Shown here: one piece after another, positions 30,126-43,624 of the stretch
Position numbering within the stretch: position 1 is the stretch's first letter
Layout: the number at the start of each line of letters is the position of its first letter
Source: an uncultured Gammaproteobacteria bacterium
GTDB taxonomy: Bacteria; Patescibacteriota; Microgenomatia; JAMCZE01
Length of the DNA: 64,000 nt
NCBI GenBank assembly: GCA_964641255.1
Contig: CAZXMM010000001.1
Location: forward strand, 143,757 to 207,756
Direction: 5' to 3'
Program-made: the position numbers and the translations under genes
The notes under the pieces: model-generated
Database searches by the model: none
Seen by the model: only the letters and a program-made list of their open reading frames with translations
Told to the model about the DNA's origin: nothing

Positions 30126-31667
30126 ATGGACATAACCAAAATTGCTTTGGAACTGGAAAAAGAACTGCGCGGAGCTGCTGGGAAATTTGCTGACGAAGCA
30201 GTTGTTTCTGTTGGTACAGTTGAGTCAGTCAGTGATGGAGTGGCGACTCTAAGCGGTCTGTCAGCAGGTATGGTTGGAGAACTGATTGCTTTCCCTCATA
30301 ACATTATGGGAATGATTCTGAATTTAAGAGACCAAGAAGTGGGGGCAATTATTTTGGGCGATTACACGAAAATTCATCAAGGGGATGAAGTTAGAGCTAC
30401 CGGAAAAGTTCTTAAGATCAGGGCGTCATATAGCCTCTTGGGGAGAATTGTCGATCCCCTAATGCGTCCCCTAGATGGTAGAGGAGTAGTGGCGAGTAAA
30501 AAAGAAGACCAAGAATTACCTATCGAAAAAGTGGCCCCCGGAGTGATTGAACGCCAAGACGTTCATGTGCCGCTGCAAACCGGCATTAAAGCGATTGACG
30601 CTCTCGTTCCCATTGGTCGGGGCCAGCGTGAACTTATAATTGGCGACCGGGGCATTGGTAAGACTGCTCTAGCCGTTGATAGTATTATCAATCAGGCCAA
30701 GATTAACAAAACACTGGGTAGCGGTGAAAAACGGGTCCTTTCTATTTATGTGGCTATTGGTCAGAAGCAATCAAAAGTTGCTCAGGTGGTTGCCAAGCTG
30801 ACTGAAGCCGAGGCCTTAAAAGATACAATTATTGTCAGTGCGGCTGCTTCTGACCCCGCCAGTCTGCAGTATTTAGCCCCGTTTGCCGCTTGTGCTGTAG
30901 CTGAATACTTTATGTCTCTGGGGGAAGATGTCTTAATAGTTTATGACGATTTGTCCAAACACGCCTGGGCTTACCGAGAGATTTCTCTACTACTTCGGCG
31001 CCCGTCAGGCAGAGAAGCTTATCCAGGAGACATTTTTTATCTTCATAGTCGTCTTCTTGAGCGTGCCGCTCGTATGAGCGAAGAGAATGGTGGGGGGTCA
31101 ATTACTGCTCTGCCTATTATTGAAACACTAGCGGGGGACATTTCAGCTTACATTCCCACGAATGTTATCTCAATTACTGACGGCCAAATTTATCTTGAGC
31201 CCGATCTTTTTTACTCGGGTATCAGGCCAGCCATTTCTGTAGGACTATCGGTGTCTCGGGTGGGAGGCGATGCCCAGGTGAAAGCTATGAAGCAGGTAGC
31301 CGGAACCCTAAAGCTGGATCTGGCCCAATATCGTGAGTTAGCTGCTTTCGCACAATTTGGTTCAGACTTAGATGAAGCCACCCAAAAACGTCTTAATCGG
31401 GGGGTTAAGGTGACGGAAATCCTAAAACAACAGCAATACGCTCCGTTAAGTTTAACAGAGGAAGTGGCTTCACTCTGGTTGGGGGTTCGTGGTCATCTAG
31501 ACGATGTAGCGGTAGCACAAATTGCGGAATTCCTCCCGACTTTCCTGGAACAAATTAAAAAAACTACTTTTGCCAAAGATTTGCAAAAAGCCGGCAAGCT
31601 CACCGAGGAGATCGAAAAGCAATTAACCAGTGAGGTTATAACCCTAAAGAAGAAATATCTCAGTTAG
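30126..31667 (+). CDS. atpA: ATP synthase subunit alpha
   Basis: [25 protein letters not shown]. Confidence 0.97.
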   Translation: MDITKIALELEKELRGAAGKFADEAVVSVGTVESVSDGVATLSGLSAGMVGELIAFPHNIMGMILNLRDQEVGAIILGDYTKIHQGDEVRATGKVLKIRASYSLLGRIVDPLMRPLDGRGVVASKKEDQELPIEKVAPGVIERQDVHVPLQTGIKAIDALVPIGRGQRELIIGDRGIGKTALAVDSIINQAKINKTLGSGEKRVLSIYVAIGQKQSKVAQVVAKLTEAEALKDTIIVSAAASDPASLQYLAPFAACAVAEYFMSLGEDVLIVYDDLSKHAWAYREISLLLRRPSGREAYPGDIFYLHSRLLERAARMSEENGGGSITALPIIETLAGDISAYIPTNVISITDGQIYLEPDLFYSGIRPAISVGLSVSRVGGDAQVKAMKQVAGTLKLDLAQYRELAAFAQFGSDLDEATQKRLNRGVKVTEILKQQQYAPLSLTEEVASLWLGVRGHLDDVAVAQIAEFLPTFLEQIKKTTFAKDLQKAGKLTEEIEKQLTSEVITLKKKYLS

Positions 31668-31679
31668 GATAATAAAACT

Positions 31680-34041
<2,362 letters not shown>

Positions 34042-34046
34042 CTCCT

Positions 34047-34481
34047 ATGAATACCTTTACTGTTTCTGTTCTTTCTCCGGAAAGACAAGTGGCCAAAGTC
34101 GATTGTGTTGAGGCGATTATCCCCACCGAGATGGGTGTAATTACCGTTTTATCCGGCCACTCGCCACTCGCCACCCTTCTTAAAAGTGGAACGGTAGAAC
34201 TAAAACAAAAGGACGCTAAATCACTTTTTGTCGTAGTCAGTGGGGGCTTTGCCACTGTTGAGAGTAGTACCCTGACTTTACTGACAGATTTTGCAGCCAG
34301 AGACGACGAAATTGACGAGAAAGTAGTGCGAGCGGCCAAGGCGCAAGCTGAAAAAACCCTGGAAGAGATTAAGCACGGGGAGGTAGACTTGGCTAAAGCT
34401 CGCACTGAGCTGATGCGAGCTTCGCTGCAACTTGGTCTGATTGAGAAGCGGCGTCACCACCATTCTTCCCCCACTCCTTAG
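34047..34481 (+). CDS. atpC: ATP synthase subunit epsilon
   Basis: VLSPE...GVITVLSGHSP...VSGGF. Confidence 0.93.
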   Translation: MNTFTVSVLSPERQVAKVDCVEAIIPTEMGVITVLSGHSPLATLLKSGTVELKQKDAKSLFVVVSGGFATVESSTLTLLTDFAARDDEIDEKVVRAAKAQAEKTLEEIKHGEVDLAKARTELMRASLQLGLIEKRRHHHSSPTP

Positions 34482-34496
34482 AGTATACTTATTCAT

Positions 34497-35255
34497 ATGC
34501 TTGATCCTAGTATTTTGGTCGTGTTTTTAGCCGGTCTCATCTCTTTTTTTGCTCCTTGTTTTGTCCCCCTACTGCCGGTCTATATGAGCACTCTCACTGG
34601 CCTGTCGATTCGCGAGCTTAAACAAGTGAAAACAAAATCACGACAGTGGCAAATTCTTGGCACTAGCGCGCTTTTTATTCTGGGGTTTTCCTTGGTTTTT
34701 GTGACTTTAGGACTCAGTGCTAGTGCTATCGGACGCTTTTTCATCAGTAATCGCCTTCTTTTCTCCCAGCTCAGTGGTCTAGTACTCATAGGGTTTGGGC
34801 TCTTTATGTTGGGAATTTTTCGGGGGACTGCTTTGGGGTCGAGGCAATTTGGAGTGGCCCTGCCGAAGGGTTTGATTCATTTCCACTTCCTCGGTCCAGT
34901 TTTTATGGGTGTTGCTTTTGGCTTTGCTTGGACACCTTGTGTTGGTCCCATTTTGGGTTCGGTGCTCACTCTTGCAGCTAACTCTGCTAGTTTGGGGGCG
35001 GGAGTGAAACTGCTGCTTGTGTATAGTTTGGGCATTTCCCTGCCTTTCCTAGTCGTGTCACTGTGTATACACCGGGCTCTGAGCTGGATAGGTCGGTTAC
35101 AGGGTCTTTTGACACTTATAGCTGCTTTGGGCGGTATTTTTACTATTATCCTTGGGGTACTACTTCTTTTGGGACAGTACCCAACGATTATAGGTTCAGT
35201 GACGACAAGATTTTACCCTTCCTTTCTCTATAATTTCATTTTGGGTAGCGTGTAA
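34497..35255 (+). CDS. ccdA: CcdA family thiol-disulfide membrane protein
   Basis: SFFAPCFVPLLP, WTPCVGPILG. Confidence 0.9.
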   Translation: MLDPSILVVFLAGLISFFAPCFVPLLPVYMSTLTGLSIRELKQVKTKSRQWQILGTSALFILGFSLVFVTLGLSASAIGRFFISNRLLFSQLSGLVLIGFGLFMLGIFRGTALGSRQFGVALPKGLIHFHFLGPVFMGVAFGFAWTPCVGPILGSVLTLAANSASLGAGVKLLLVYSLGISLPFLVVSLCIHRALSWIGRLQGLLTLIAALGGIFTIILGVLLLLGQYPTIIGSVTTRFYPSFLYNFILGSV

Positions 35256-35260
35256 AAACA

Positions 35261-35287
35261 GTTGATCCCGAATAAATCGGGATCAAC
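35261..35287. terminator. Probable bidirectional terminator hairpin
   Basis: GTTGATCCCGA-ataaa-TCGGGATCAAC. Confidence 0.7.
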
Positions 35288-35353
35288 TAGGCTCAAAATT
35301 GAGAAAGACCAAGCCCAACTTAGGGCGGCGACCGTGATTGCCAAACAATCATA

Positions 35354-35461
35354 TTAAGAATTAAAATGGATAATGCTTCTGATCAGTCCAAAAGGAATGA
35401 ACAGCAAAAAGACGTATGCCTCCATCAGGGTGAGCATGGCCGAAAGAGTTTTTTCTTTCAT
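35354..35461 (-). CDS. Putative 35-aa hydrophobic peptide
   Basis: MKEKTLSAMLTLMEAYVFLLFIPFGLIRSIIHFNS, preceded by a hairpin-rich leader. Confidence 0.4.
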   Translation of the reverse strand: MKEKTLSAMLTLMEAYVFLLFIPFGLIRSIIHFNS

Positions 35462-35695
35462 ATCTAATTTTGGCTCACAACTAAGGAGGAATCTCTAAAA
35501 TCAGCTAACCGCTGTGTGGTATTCCTCCTTAGTCTCTTGAGCTTTCCTGGTGTAATGATAAGGGAGAAAGTTGTGCCTAGCTTGAGTATAGGCTGCAAAT
35601 AACCTAGTAACTTAGGCACAAGTTTTCTGAGTTTCCTGAGTAACATCAAGGCGTGCGGTTTGCTTGGGGAATAAGCTTATAGTATAATCAGCTCT

Positions 35696-36109
35696 ATGGT
35701 TGACTCTGAGTTTGAACATCTAGATGAAGCGGTCAGGGAGATCACTCATGATATCCCGGCAAGGTTGTTATTGGGAATGTCTAGGGACGGAAAAGAAACT
35801 CATATAGTTTGTACCAAAGCCGAACTTGACGATTTTGATATTGATTATTATCGCATTGCTATATCCCCTAACGAGATTACGGTTTGGCAACAGCGCCACT
35901 TTTTTTACTGCGAACAAGTGCGACGGCGGACTGTACGAGTAGCCCAAAAAACATTTGGTGGAGCTCTTAACCTTTACCACGACAGTCATGGCTCATCTTT
36001 TGGGTCTTTGCGTAGTAACGACTTGACCCAAAGCAGAGCGGAAACTGGGCCTCATGGCGGACTTCGTCCAGCAGCTAAACCAGAAGAATATATCAACCAT
36101 CATCCCTAG
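35696..36109 (+). CDS. Hypothetical protein
   Basis: 137 aa; TATAAT-N7-ATG. Confidence 0.6.
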   Translation: MVDSEFEHLDEAVREITHDIPARLLLGMSRDGKETHIVCTKAELDDFDIDYYRIAISPNEITVWQQRHFFYCEQVRRRTVRVAQKTFGGALNLYHDSHGSSFGSLRSNDLTQSRAETGPHGGLRPAAKPEEYINHHP

Positions 36110-36153
36110 GGATATCTATAAACATCGTTTATCTGCCTGAGAGGATTTTTACT

Positions 36154-38046
36154 ATGGCAGGTAAAAAGGCAGAAACAAACCCAAATGGAGGGCTTCTTGG
36201 CAGAAAGCAGGCCCACACTTTAGTAGGAGCTGATACTGATAGACGCCAGCTCAAGAGGATGTTGCACGAAAATCGCGCTACGAGCTCGAGAGCTGCCAGA
36301 GATCTTAGGCTTCAGGCAGCTGTCCAAAACAATATCTTTAATCTTGTCGACTCTATAACCTTCCTGATGCAACAGCCTTCAAATAGTTCAGTGTCCTTAG
36401 CTAATCAGCTTGGAGGCATAGCTGCGCTTCACTCGTTATCTTTTGATCTAACCACACTCGACTCATTAAAATGGCTGGCTAGTCATGTTAAAACAGCCAA
36501 TAGAACCAGTGTCTATGGCCAGGAAGGTTTAGCGGGGGGACTACTAGCGCAAGAGTTGGCATCGGCCCAGATGAATTTAATCAAGCGGGGATTTAGTGAC
36601 GACACAGTTATCGTGGGAACAGATCGGGGACTAAATTCAATACGGGGAGCGATTGTGACTGGAGATACAACAACTCGTTCACTTCTCTATGAGCTTGTAA
36701 CTGGTTCCGCGCTACCCGACTTAACAGAGTTAGGAAGTGTATGCGGTTATGCTGCCGTTTGTATTCATCCCGAAACTGGGGGGTTGGGAAATTATGGCAA
36801 TCTTAGGACTGATGTAGCTGAGAAACTAGCTAAACGTTTAGCGATAAGACTTTTGGACCTAGAGAGGTTTATTAAAGTTGCTAATAATACACGAGTTGAA
36901 AATGTTAGGTCTCCTTTTACACCAGATGCCGCTAAGATTCTAGCGAGTAATGCAGAAACTAACCGGAGAGCACTTGTTAATATGCTAGGAATAATGGGAG
37001 CAGAGTTTTTAGATCAAAATTTGACCTCTTTTCTTACTAGACCTAATTCTCAAAACGTCATTACCAATAATGCGACAATAATCATTGAAACTCTCATTAG
37101 TCGGGGGGTTCATTGGGTAAAGCCTTTAGAAACCATTCGGGATCTGTGCCAGTACTTTTTAGCCGCGGGTAGAGAAGAGCAAGCAAGAGAAATTATTCTT
37201 CAGGCTGCCAAGTCTGGGCTCATTAAGCTGTCGAAGTTTTCTCTAAAGGACTATCAGGATATTGGTTTTCCTTCAAGAAATGCAAAAGAGCATTTCGACT
37301 TTAACCGCGTTTGGTATAAGCATTTTACTAAGCATTGGGACTTTTCCGAAGACCCTTTTAGACATGGATTTGAGAATTTGAGTCATGTCCGTGTTTTTCA
37401 AGGGACACTTTTCCCAACCCATGATGGTCATCGAGCTATAGTTGCAGGAGATATGTTTCAGGGTGTTCGTAGAAGGGGGGTACGAACCGAACTGGTCCCT
37501 CCGGGAACCACATATTTAGTTTCAGTCAATACAACGAGGCCAGAAGGAGATTTTGGCCACACTAACGAGATAGCGCACGTTAATCATCGTCGACGGATCG
37601 CATTGCGGGGCTTTTCGGGGTTGCCCGTGAGGATAACCAGTCTCCCCGGGCGGGGTCCGCTAGCTAACCAAGAGTTAGTGCTGCAAATGGCTGGCGGGGC
37701 ACAAGAATCTAGAGCCTGTGGCCTAGATAGAATAGAAAGCACTTCATCCCTAGTTGCTGATTTAGTGGTGGCTATGAGGGATACTGATTTAAGACGGTTT
37801 CTAGATGATCCTGATAGAGTCCTTAACTTAAGACAAGCGTTTTCAAACGCAAAACAGCTTACTGGACTTGTTCTAAATGGTGTAGAAAGGGCAAGGGGCC
37901 AAAATACTTGGTTCTTGTTTGCCCAATCTCAACGCAGTGATTTGCCGGGAGATGTTAGGGCAGCATACAGAATTATGTTGCAACACGTTATCCACCCCAA
38001 CTCTCTAGCTTATCTCGAAGAGCATGCTGAGGAACTACTTGCCTAG
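36154..38046 (+). CDS. Large hypothetical protein with a possible C-terminal HxGH nucleotidyltransferase-like domain
   Basis: 630 aa; VRVFQGTLFPTHDGH. Confidence 0.55.
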   Translation: MAGKKAETNPNGGLLGRKQAHTLVGADTDRRQLKRMLHENRATSSRAARDLRLQAAVQNNIFNLVDSITFLMQQPSNSSVSLANQLGGIAALHSLSFDLTTLDSLKWLASHVKTANRTSVYGQEGLAGGLLAQELASAQMNLIKRGFSDDTVIVGTDRGLNSIRGAIVTGDTTTRSLLYELVTGSALPDLTELGSVCGYAAVCIHPETGGLGNYGNLRTDVAEKLAKRLAIRLLDLERFIKVANNTRVENVRSPFTPDAAKILASNAETNRRALVNMLGIMGAEFLDQNLTSFLTRPNSQNVITNNATIIIETLISRGVHWVKPLETIRDLCQYFLAAGREEQAREIILQAAKSGLIKLSKFSLKDYQDIGFPSRNAKEHFDFNRVWYKHFTKHWDFSEDPFRHGFENLSHVRVFQGTLFPTHDGHRAIVAGDMFQGVRRRGVRTELVPPGTTYLVSVNTTRPEGDFGHTNEIAHVNHRRRIALRGFSGLPVRITSLPGRGPLANQELVLQMAGGAQESRACGLDRIESTSSLVADLVVAMRDTDLRRFLDDPDRVLNLRQAFSNAKQLTGLVLNGVERARGQNTWFLFAQSQRSDLPGDVRAAYRIMLQHVIHPNSLAYLEEHAEELLA

Positions 38047-39408
38047 TTTGTATCCCCGTCCTCTAATGGTGGTAATTGAAGAATCTTTCAACCCAATCTT
38101 GGCGAGTTTTTTACGTAGTTTACTCATCAGCTGATCAATGGCCCAATCAGAGTACTTTTCGTATGATTCCTTTCCCCATAACTTTTCTGCCAACACATCA
38201 CGAGAATGAATCTTATCGGGCTCTTGCAAAAAATAAGCGAGAATCTCGTATTCTTGTCTTGTAAACTGATCTTCTATGGATTTGCCGTTAAAGGTTATTG
38301 CTCTAGTATTTTCATCAAACGAAAGCCTGGTCTGTTTTTCATCAACTAGCACTTCCGGCAAAGCTCTTTTGAGGACGGCATCCCTAAATAGTTGACAAAA
38401 AAGCTGATAGTAACCTTCGGGAGACGTGCGTATGATACCCAAGGCTAACAAGGCGTTAGTCTCTTCGTCGTTAGGAAGGTTTACTATTTGTTTGGACGCG
38501 ACTTCATGGAGGAGTTTTTTCATTTTCTGGGTAAAAATTCCTAACATCAGATCTGAGGTGGCGCGAATCTCATAGTTGGAACGAAAGAGTTCTTTGATCT
38601 TATCTACGGTAAACGGTCGGTCTGACGAGTCAGTTTTAGCCAGGGTTTCAAAGGCCAGCTTAAGTAGATAGGGGTGTCCGTCACACATTTCGGATACAAG
38701 CTGTTTCTCGAGAGGGCTTAAAACATAGTCGTACTTCTTTTGGAAAAATTCTAGAAGGTACTCTTCGTTGTCTTTGGAAACAGGAACGAAAAGTAGGTTC
38801 TGGAAAAAAAGATAACCCAACTCTTCCCCGTAGGGATTCTTTTCAAACAACAGCCTTAAATCTTTTATGAGAAAAACATAGTGCAGTTTATCGTCAAAAC
38901 TGTTCCACAGGGAACGAAGATTATTAGAAAATACATTGTTAACAAAGCCTAATTCGTCGATCTCTCCTAAAAAGAGAACCACCTTCATACCAGATTTTGT
39001 AGCTTTACTGATCAGGATCTTAAGGTGTTCGAGCAGTTTAGGATAAGCCAGGAGTTCGTTATCGAATGGAGCAAGGTCGGCTTCGCCAATATCACAATCC
39101 AAATTTTGATTCTTTTGACAAGCCTCAATGAAGGTTTTCCCAATGAGTCTTAGGTATCCAGCCTGACTTTCTTCGGTGAGGTCGAGCGGTTCAACGTAAC
39201 ACAGGAGGTACTTTTGGTAGTCAGGTAAGAATTTACTGAAGAGGTGGATATTATCGATTATAAATCTGTCGACAACCCTCCTCCCTGCTGTAGCGACCCA
39301 TACCGGGGTAACACATTCTCCTTTAGCTATCGCCCTAAAAAGTCTTGCCGCATATTGATCGACATAGTCCTGGGGGAACGGATAGCGAGGATTTACCCCA
39401 TCGCTCAT
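38035..39408 (-). CDS. Degenerate NTPase-like domain plus a C-terminal OmpR/PhoB-type winged helix regulator
   Basis: FTRQEYEIL...SRDVL...AIDQLMSKLRKKL...ITTIRGRGY; GHPYLL. Confidence 0.8.
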   Translation of the reverse strand: MSDGVNPRYPFPQDYVDQYAARLFRAIAKGECVTPVWVATAGRRVVDRFIIDNIHLFSKFLPDYQKYLLCYVEPLDLTEESQAGYLRLIGKTFIEACQKNQNLDCDIGEADLAPFDNELLAYPKLLEHLKILISKATKSGMKVVLFLGEIDELGFVNNVFSNNLRSLWNSFDDKLHYVFLIKDLRLLFEKNPYGEELGYLFFQNLLFVPVSKDNEEYLLEFFQKKYDYVLSPLEKQLVSEMCDGHPYLLKLAFETLAKTDSSDRPFTVDKIKELFRSNYEIRATSDLMLGIFTQKMKKLLHEVASKQIVNLPNDEETNALLALGIIRTSPEGYYQLFCQLFRDAVLKRALPEVLVDEKQTRLSFDENTRAITFNGKSIEDQFTRQEYEILAYFLQEPDKIHSRDVLAEKLWGKESYEKYSDWAIDQLMSKLRKKLAKIGLKDSSITTIRGRGYKLGK

Positions 39409-39479
39409 ATTGGTTTGCTTCGGTCAGGATACTCAGATTCTAGTCAGGAAAGAAGGGTCTGTCAACGGGGAGGTTGGGA

Positions 39480-40589
39480 TCAGTCCAAATAGTCTTTGAG
39501 CTTTTTACTGCGACTTGGGTGCTTGAGCTTACGAATAGCCTTCGCCTCGATTTGGCGGATGCGCTCCCGAGTCACTCCAAAAGCTTTGCCGACTTCTTCC
39601 AGGGTTCTGGGTCGTCCGTCTTCCAGCCCAAAGCGCATAATTAAGACTTTTTTCTCCCGGTCGTTGAGGGTAGCTAAGACTTCTTCTAGTTGCTCTTTAA
39701 GCAGGGCCTTACTGGTTTGTTCGTAGGGACTGGGAATGTGTTCGTCGGGCACAAAGTCCCCGAGCTGGGAATCGTCTTCATCACCAATTTTAGTTTGCAG
39801 GGAAGTCGGTTCCTGAGAAATTTTTTGAATCTCGTGGACCTTAGCCACGTCAATTTCCAGCTCTTTGGCAATTTCCTCGGGGAGAGGATCACGCCCCAGT
39901 TCGGCAGTTAGCTTATTACGCAACCTAACGTAGCGATTGATGGTTTCGACCATGTGCACTGGAATCCGAATCGTGCGAGCCTGGTCAGCGATGGCCCGGG
40001 TAATAGCTTGACGAATCCACCAGGTGGCATAGGTGGAGAATTTAAAGCCCCGACGCCAGTCATATTTCTCCGTGGCGCGGATGAGTCCCTGGTTGCCCTC
40101 TTGAATAAGATCGAGCATGGTCATGCCTCGACCCAAGTATTTTTTAGCAATTGAGACAACCAGGCGCAAGTTGGAGGAAATGAGCTTGTCTTTAGCTTTT
40201 CGCTCTCCCTTTTCTGCCCGTTTGGCCAGGTCAACTTCTTCTTTAGCGTTAAGTAGGGGGATGCGGCCAATTTCTTTAAGATACATGCGGACCGGGTCAG
40301 TAACACCGCTTTCATCTAGTCCGGCGATTCCTTCCAGTTCTTTCTCTAAATCGGAGACAGTTTTCTGTCCCTCTTCCAAATCCTCAGCTGTAGTTTCAAA
40401 AATGTCGACCTCAGCGTTGATGAGCAGGTCATAAAATTCGTCCAGTTCTTCTAGATGATCCTCAGCTTTGGGAAAGACTGCTAAAACTTCTTCTTGGGTG
40501 ACAAAACCGGCGGACTTACCTCTTTTGATCAGATCCAGTGCCGCGGGGGGAAGACTGACTTTCGTGGGAAGGACTTTTTTGTTAACCAT
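39480..40589 (-). CDS. rpoD: Primary sigma factor
   Basis: [42 protein letters not shown]. Confidence 0.97.
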   Translation of the reverse strand: MVNKKVLPTKVSLPPAALDLIKRGKSAGFVTQEEVLAVFPKAEDHLEELDEFYDLLINAEVDIFETTAEDLEEGQKTVSDLEKELEGIAGLDESGVTDPVRMYLKEIGRIPLLNAKEEVDLAKRAEKGERKAKDKLISSNLRLVVSIAKKYLGRGMTMLDLIQEGNQGLIRATEKYDWRRGFKFSTYATWWIRQAITRAIADQARTIRIPVHMVETINRYVRLRNKLTAELGRDPLPEEIAKELEIDVAKVHEIQKISQEPTSLQTKIGDEDDSQLGDFVPDEHIPSPYEQTSKALLKEQLEEVLATLNDREKKVLIMRFGLEDGRPRTLEEVGKAFGVTRERIRQIEAKAIRKLKHPSRSKKLKDYLD

Positions 40590-40823
40590 AATCAGTAGCA
40601 TGAATCTTGAGATAATCGAAGCCTGGTATCTTCGTCCGTCTCTTGAAATGCTTAGGGGATTTTAAGTTCACCCAGCTTCTATGTCAAGCTGTAACGAGAG
40701 TCAGTCACTTTAAGAATAAGGAGTTGATGATTAAAACCACATGTTTCCTTGTGGCACATTACTAATTTCGGCTGAGACAATTTGCCACTTGACTTTTCCT
40801 ACGGGCGTTTAATACAGTAAATC

Positions 40824-41708
40824 ATGGGTAGGATATTTACTCTCCTGGTAGTGGCTGTTTTAGTCATTGGTGGAGTCTACGTAGCGGTTGGTGCTGCCTC
40901 CGGAAATTCCCCCCTAGTTTTATTAACTCGTGCCTCGACTGGCAATTCAGTTACCATTAACGGTGGTGCAAAGTCTACCGACTCTCTCAATGTCTCTCTT
41001 GCTCTATCGGCAAAACCCGAAGCCACAGAGATGAAGATAGCTAATAGTCTTGTTGAATTGAAAGTAGCTAAGCCCACGGATTTCACGCCACAGGTCAAGT
41101 GGACACTAGCTAAAGGAGAACCAGGCAAGAGGACGGTGTTCGTTGTCTTTAATAACGGTGCTGAAGAGAGGGTGCAGCCGATGATGCCTGACACTTGGTC
41201 TGCTCCGGTCCTTGCGTCTATTCAATATAGTAATGAAGAGGCGCTCTTGTACCGGGAATTTTACTATACATGTCAGGGGCAGAAACAAAGATCAGGAATC
41301 TCGGAGTGCTCTTCATCTACTCAGTTAAAGACAGTGGCAGTTAAAATTTGTCGAGACAAATTTAGCGCACCGCTTACTGATTTCTCGGTTAATAAAGAAT
41401 CTCTATGCAACAAGAAGCCACCAAAGGAATCTTACCGAGTAGCCTTTTATACCTGCTCAGACAACCATTCTGGGAAATTCGATGCCAACGCCTGCCTAAG
41501 TGAAGAGGCATTAATGGATGGAGCAACAAAATTGTGCAAAATGAGACAAGCAGATTTAGCAAAATTTACCCCCGATACGTCTACCCGGTGTGAGACCGTA
41601 AAGCGAGGACTGGTCTGTATAAACCGTGCTTGCGTCTACGCCGAGGGTGCGGAGGATGATCAGTATTGCAAAAGTAAAAAACCGGGAGAGATTTGTAACC
41701 CCAAGTAA
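40824..41708 (+). CDS. Membrane-anchored/secreted Cys-rich protein
   Basis: N-terminal TM, Ig-like segment, 12 Cys including two 4-Cys repeats. Confidence 0.7.
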   Translation: MGRIFTLLVVAVLVIGGVYVAVGAASGNSPLVLLTRASTGNSVTINGGAKSTDSLNVSLALSAKPEATEMKIANSLVELKVAKPTDFTPQVKWTLAKGEPGKRTVFVVFNNGAEERVQPMMPDTWSAPVLASIQYSNEEALLYREFYYTCQGQKQRSGISECSSSTQLKTVAVKICRDKFSAPLTDFSVNKESLCNKKPPKESYRVAFYTCSDNHSGKFDANACLSEEALMDGATKLCKMRQADLAKFTPDTSTRCETVKRGLVCINRACVYAEGAEDDQYCKSKKPGEICNPK

Positions 41709-41740
41709 TCTCGACCCCTTAAGACCGTGTGGCCTCGTTA

Positions 41741-43573
41741 TCAGGGTATAGATGCCGTAATGAGCTGGCGCTCCTCTTTTAGCTGGGCACCCTCATTTAA
41801 GAGCTCGGTTAGTTGTTGCTGTAATTGTTCGTTGTCCCCATCCCTTTTGATTTGCTCTCTTAGTAAATCTTGTTTTCTTTGAAGTGACAACTGCTTGATA
41901 TCCCAGGCCTTTTTTTGCACCTCCTCAAGGACTAAAGCTTCGTCTTCTATGTTGATATCAATTTCTTTGAGAAACAGCCGGTCAACAGTATCAATAAGCT
42001 CGGGAGGGACGAAATTGATAAAAGTTTTAATATCAAATCTTTGGGTTGGTAGAGTGACATCAGATTTGGGATTGGCTACCAAGGAGAGTAGCAGCTGATA
42101 GATTTTCCCCAAGCCTGGGTCGGTGAAATCTTCTACAAGTAGCCGGGGAGCGATTAGGAGTAGATAGTCCTCAGGTTTGGGTGATTGCAAGAGTAGTTCC
42201 AATAAGTATTCCTGAGATAGTTCTAACTGAGTGAGTTTTTTCTTGAAGTCAGTTGCCGGTGGCGCGATTTGTGTTGGTGTAGGCAACTGTTTTTTGCGCC
42301 AGTCCTTAAATAACTGTCCCTCAACGTCACTTTCCCTGACACCTAATTCTTCAGCTAGTCGTTTTACATAATGGTTTTTGACGACCAGGTTATCAATGGG
42401 AGCCAGAAAACGAGCGACGTCACTGATAATTTTCTTCGCGCCTTCTGCGGTTTTGGAGTCACTTTTAGTTAGCGCCGAGTCAATAACAAAGTCATAAAAG
42501 TTCCCCGCTTCTTTAACTGCCTTATGCCATAGGGCTGGGTCTTTTTTTATCAGCTCATCGGGATCCTTGCCTTCCTTAAAGGAGACGACTTTAATGCCTA
42601 GCCCTGCCTGGTCGGCGATTTCTATTCCCCGGTGGGCGGCAGCGTCGCCGGCAAAGTCAGCGTCAAGTGATAAGTAAATCACCTCAGTGTAGCGTCTTAA
42701 CAGGTTTACTTGGCCCAAGGTCAGGGCCGAGCCTTTGATGGCGACTACGTTGCGCACGCCAGCTTGATAGGAAGCGATAGCATCGATTTCTCCCTCTACC
42801 ACCACAGCGAAGCCACTTTTTTTAATCTCTTCTTTGGTGACATCGAGTCCGTAAAGAGTATTACCTTTTGTGTAGGCCGGGGTTTCGGCAGTGTTAATAT
42901 ATTTGGCTTCTTTTGCCTCTGGATCAAGTAGTCTGCCGGCAAATCCCACTACACTACCATAATGGTCAAAAAGGGTAAAAATCACTCGGCCTCGAAAGCG
43001 GTCAAAAATATTGCCAATACTTGATTTTGAGACTACACCAGCTTGCAAAAGGTCGGCATCACTATAACCTTTTTTGCGCAGAAAATTAGTTAGGGAATTC
43101 CAGGAATTGGGCGCAAATCCTAACTTAAACAGTTTAATCGAGGAATCACTAATGCGGCGCTCCTTAAAATAATTACGGCCTATTTGTCCCACCGGGTGGG
43201 TAGTAAGAATAAAATGAAAATATTCCGCAGCCAAGTGATTAATCTCAAGGACCTTTTCTTTAATTTCGCTTTGTTTACTGCTTTGAAAACTGGTAGATAC
43301 CGGTACCCCGGTGCGTTTGGCTAAAATCTTGACTGCCTCGGAAAACTCGATGTTTTCCAGACGCATCAGGAAACGAAAGATATCTCCCCCATCCTGACAA
43401 CCGCCGAAACAGTGCCAAATTTGTCGCTCAGCCGAGACAACAAAACTAGGAGTTTTTTCGCTATGGAAGGGGCACAACCCTTTAAAATTTGCCCCAGTTT
43501 TTTTTAGGGGGACATACTCTGAGATTAGGGTGACAATATCCAGGCGTTTTTTTATCTCTTCAAGATCGGTCAT
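41741..43573 (-). CDS. dnaG: DNA primase
   Basis: CPFHSEKTPSF zinc finger, DRFRGR, VEGEID, LDADFAG, KDPD. Confidence 0.97.
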   Translation of the reverse strand: MTDLEEIKKRLDIVTLISEYVPLKKTGANFKGLCPFHSEKTPSFVVSAERQIWHCFGGCQDGGDIFRFLMRLENIEFSEAVKILAKRTGVPVSTSFQSSKQSEIKEKVLEINHLAAEYFHFILTTHPVGQIGRNYFKERRISDSSIKLFKLGFAPNSWNSLTNFLRKKGYSDADLLQAGVVSKSSIGNIFDRFRGRVIFTLFDHYGSVVGFAGRLLDPEAKEAKYINTAETPAYTKGNTLYGLDVTKEEIKKSGFAVVVEGEIDAIASYQAGVRNVVAIKGSALTLGQVNLLRRYTEVIYLSLDADFAGDAAAHRGIEIADQAGLGIKVVSFKEGKDPDELIKKDPALWHKAVKEAGNFYDFVIDSALTKSDSKTAEGAKKIISDVARFLAPIDNLVVKNHYVKRLAEELGVRESDVEGQLFKDWRKKQLPTPTQIAPPATDFKKKLTQLELSQEYLLELLLQSPKPEDYLLLIAPRLLVEDFTDPGLGKIYQLLLSLVANPKSDVTLPTQRFDIKTFINFVPPELIDTVDRLFLKEIDINIEDEALVLEEVQKKAWDIKQLSLQRKQDLLREQIKRDGDNEQLQQQLTELLNEGAQLKEERQLITASIP

Positions 43574-43624
43574 AGCTTAGGAGCAGTAAAGCGATAATAC
43601 CACGGTGGGTGTATACTTAGGTAT

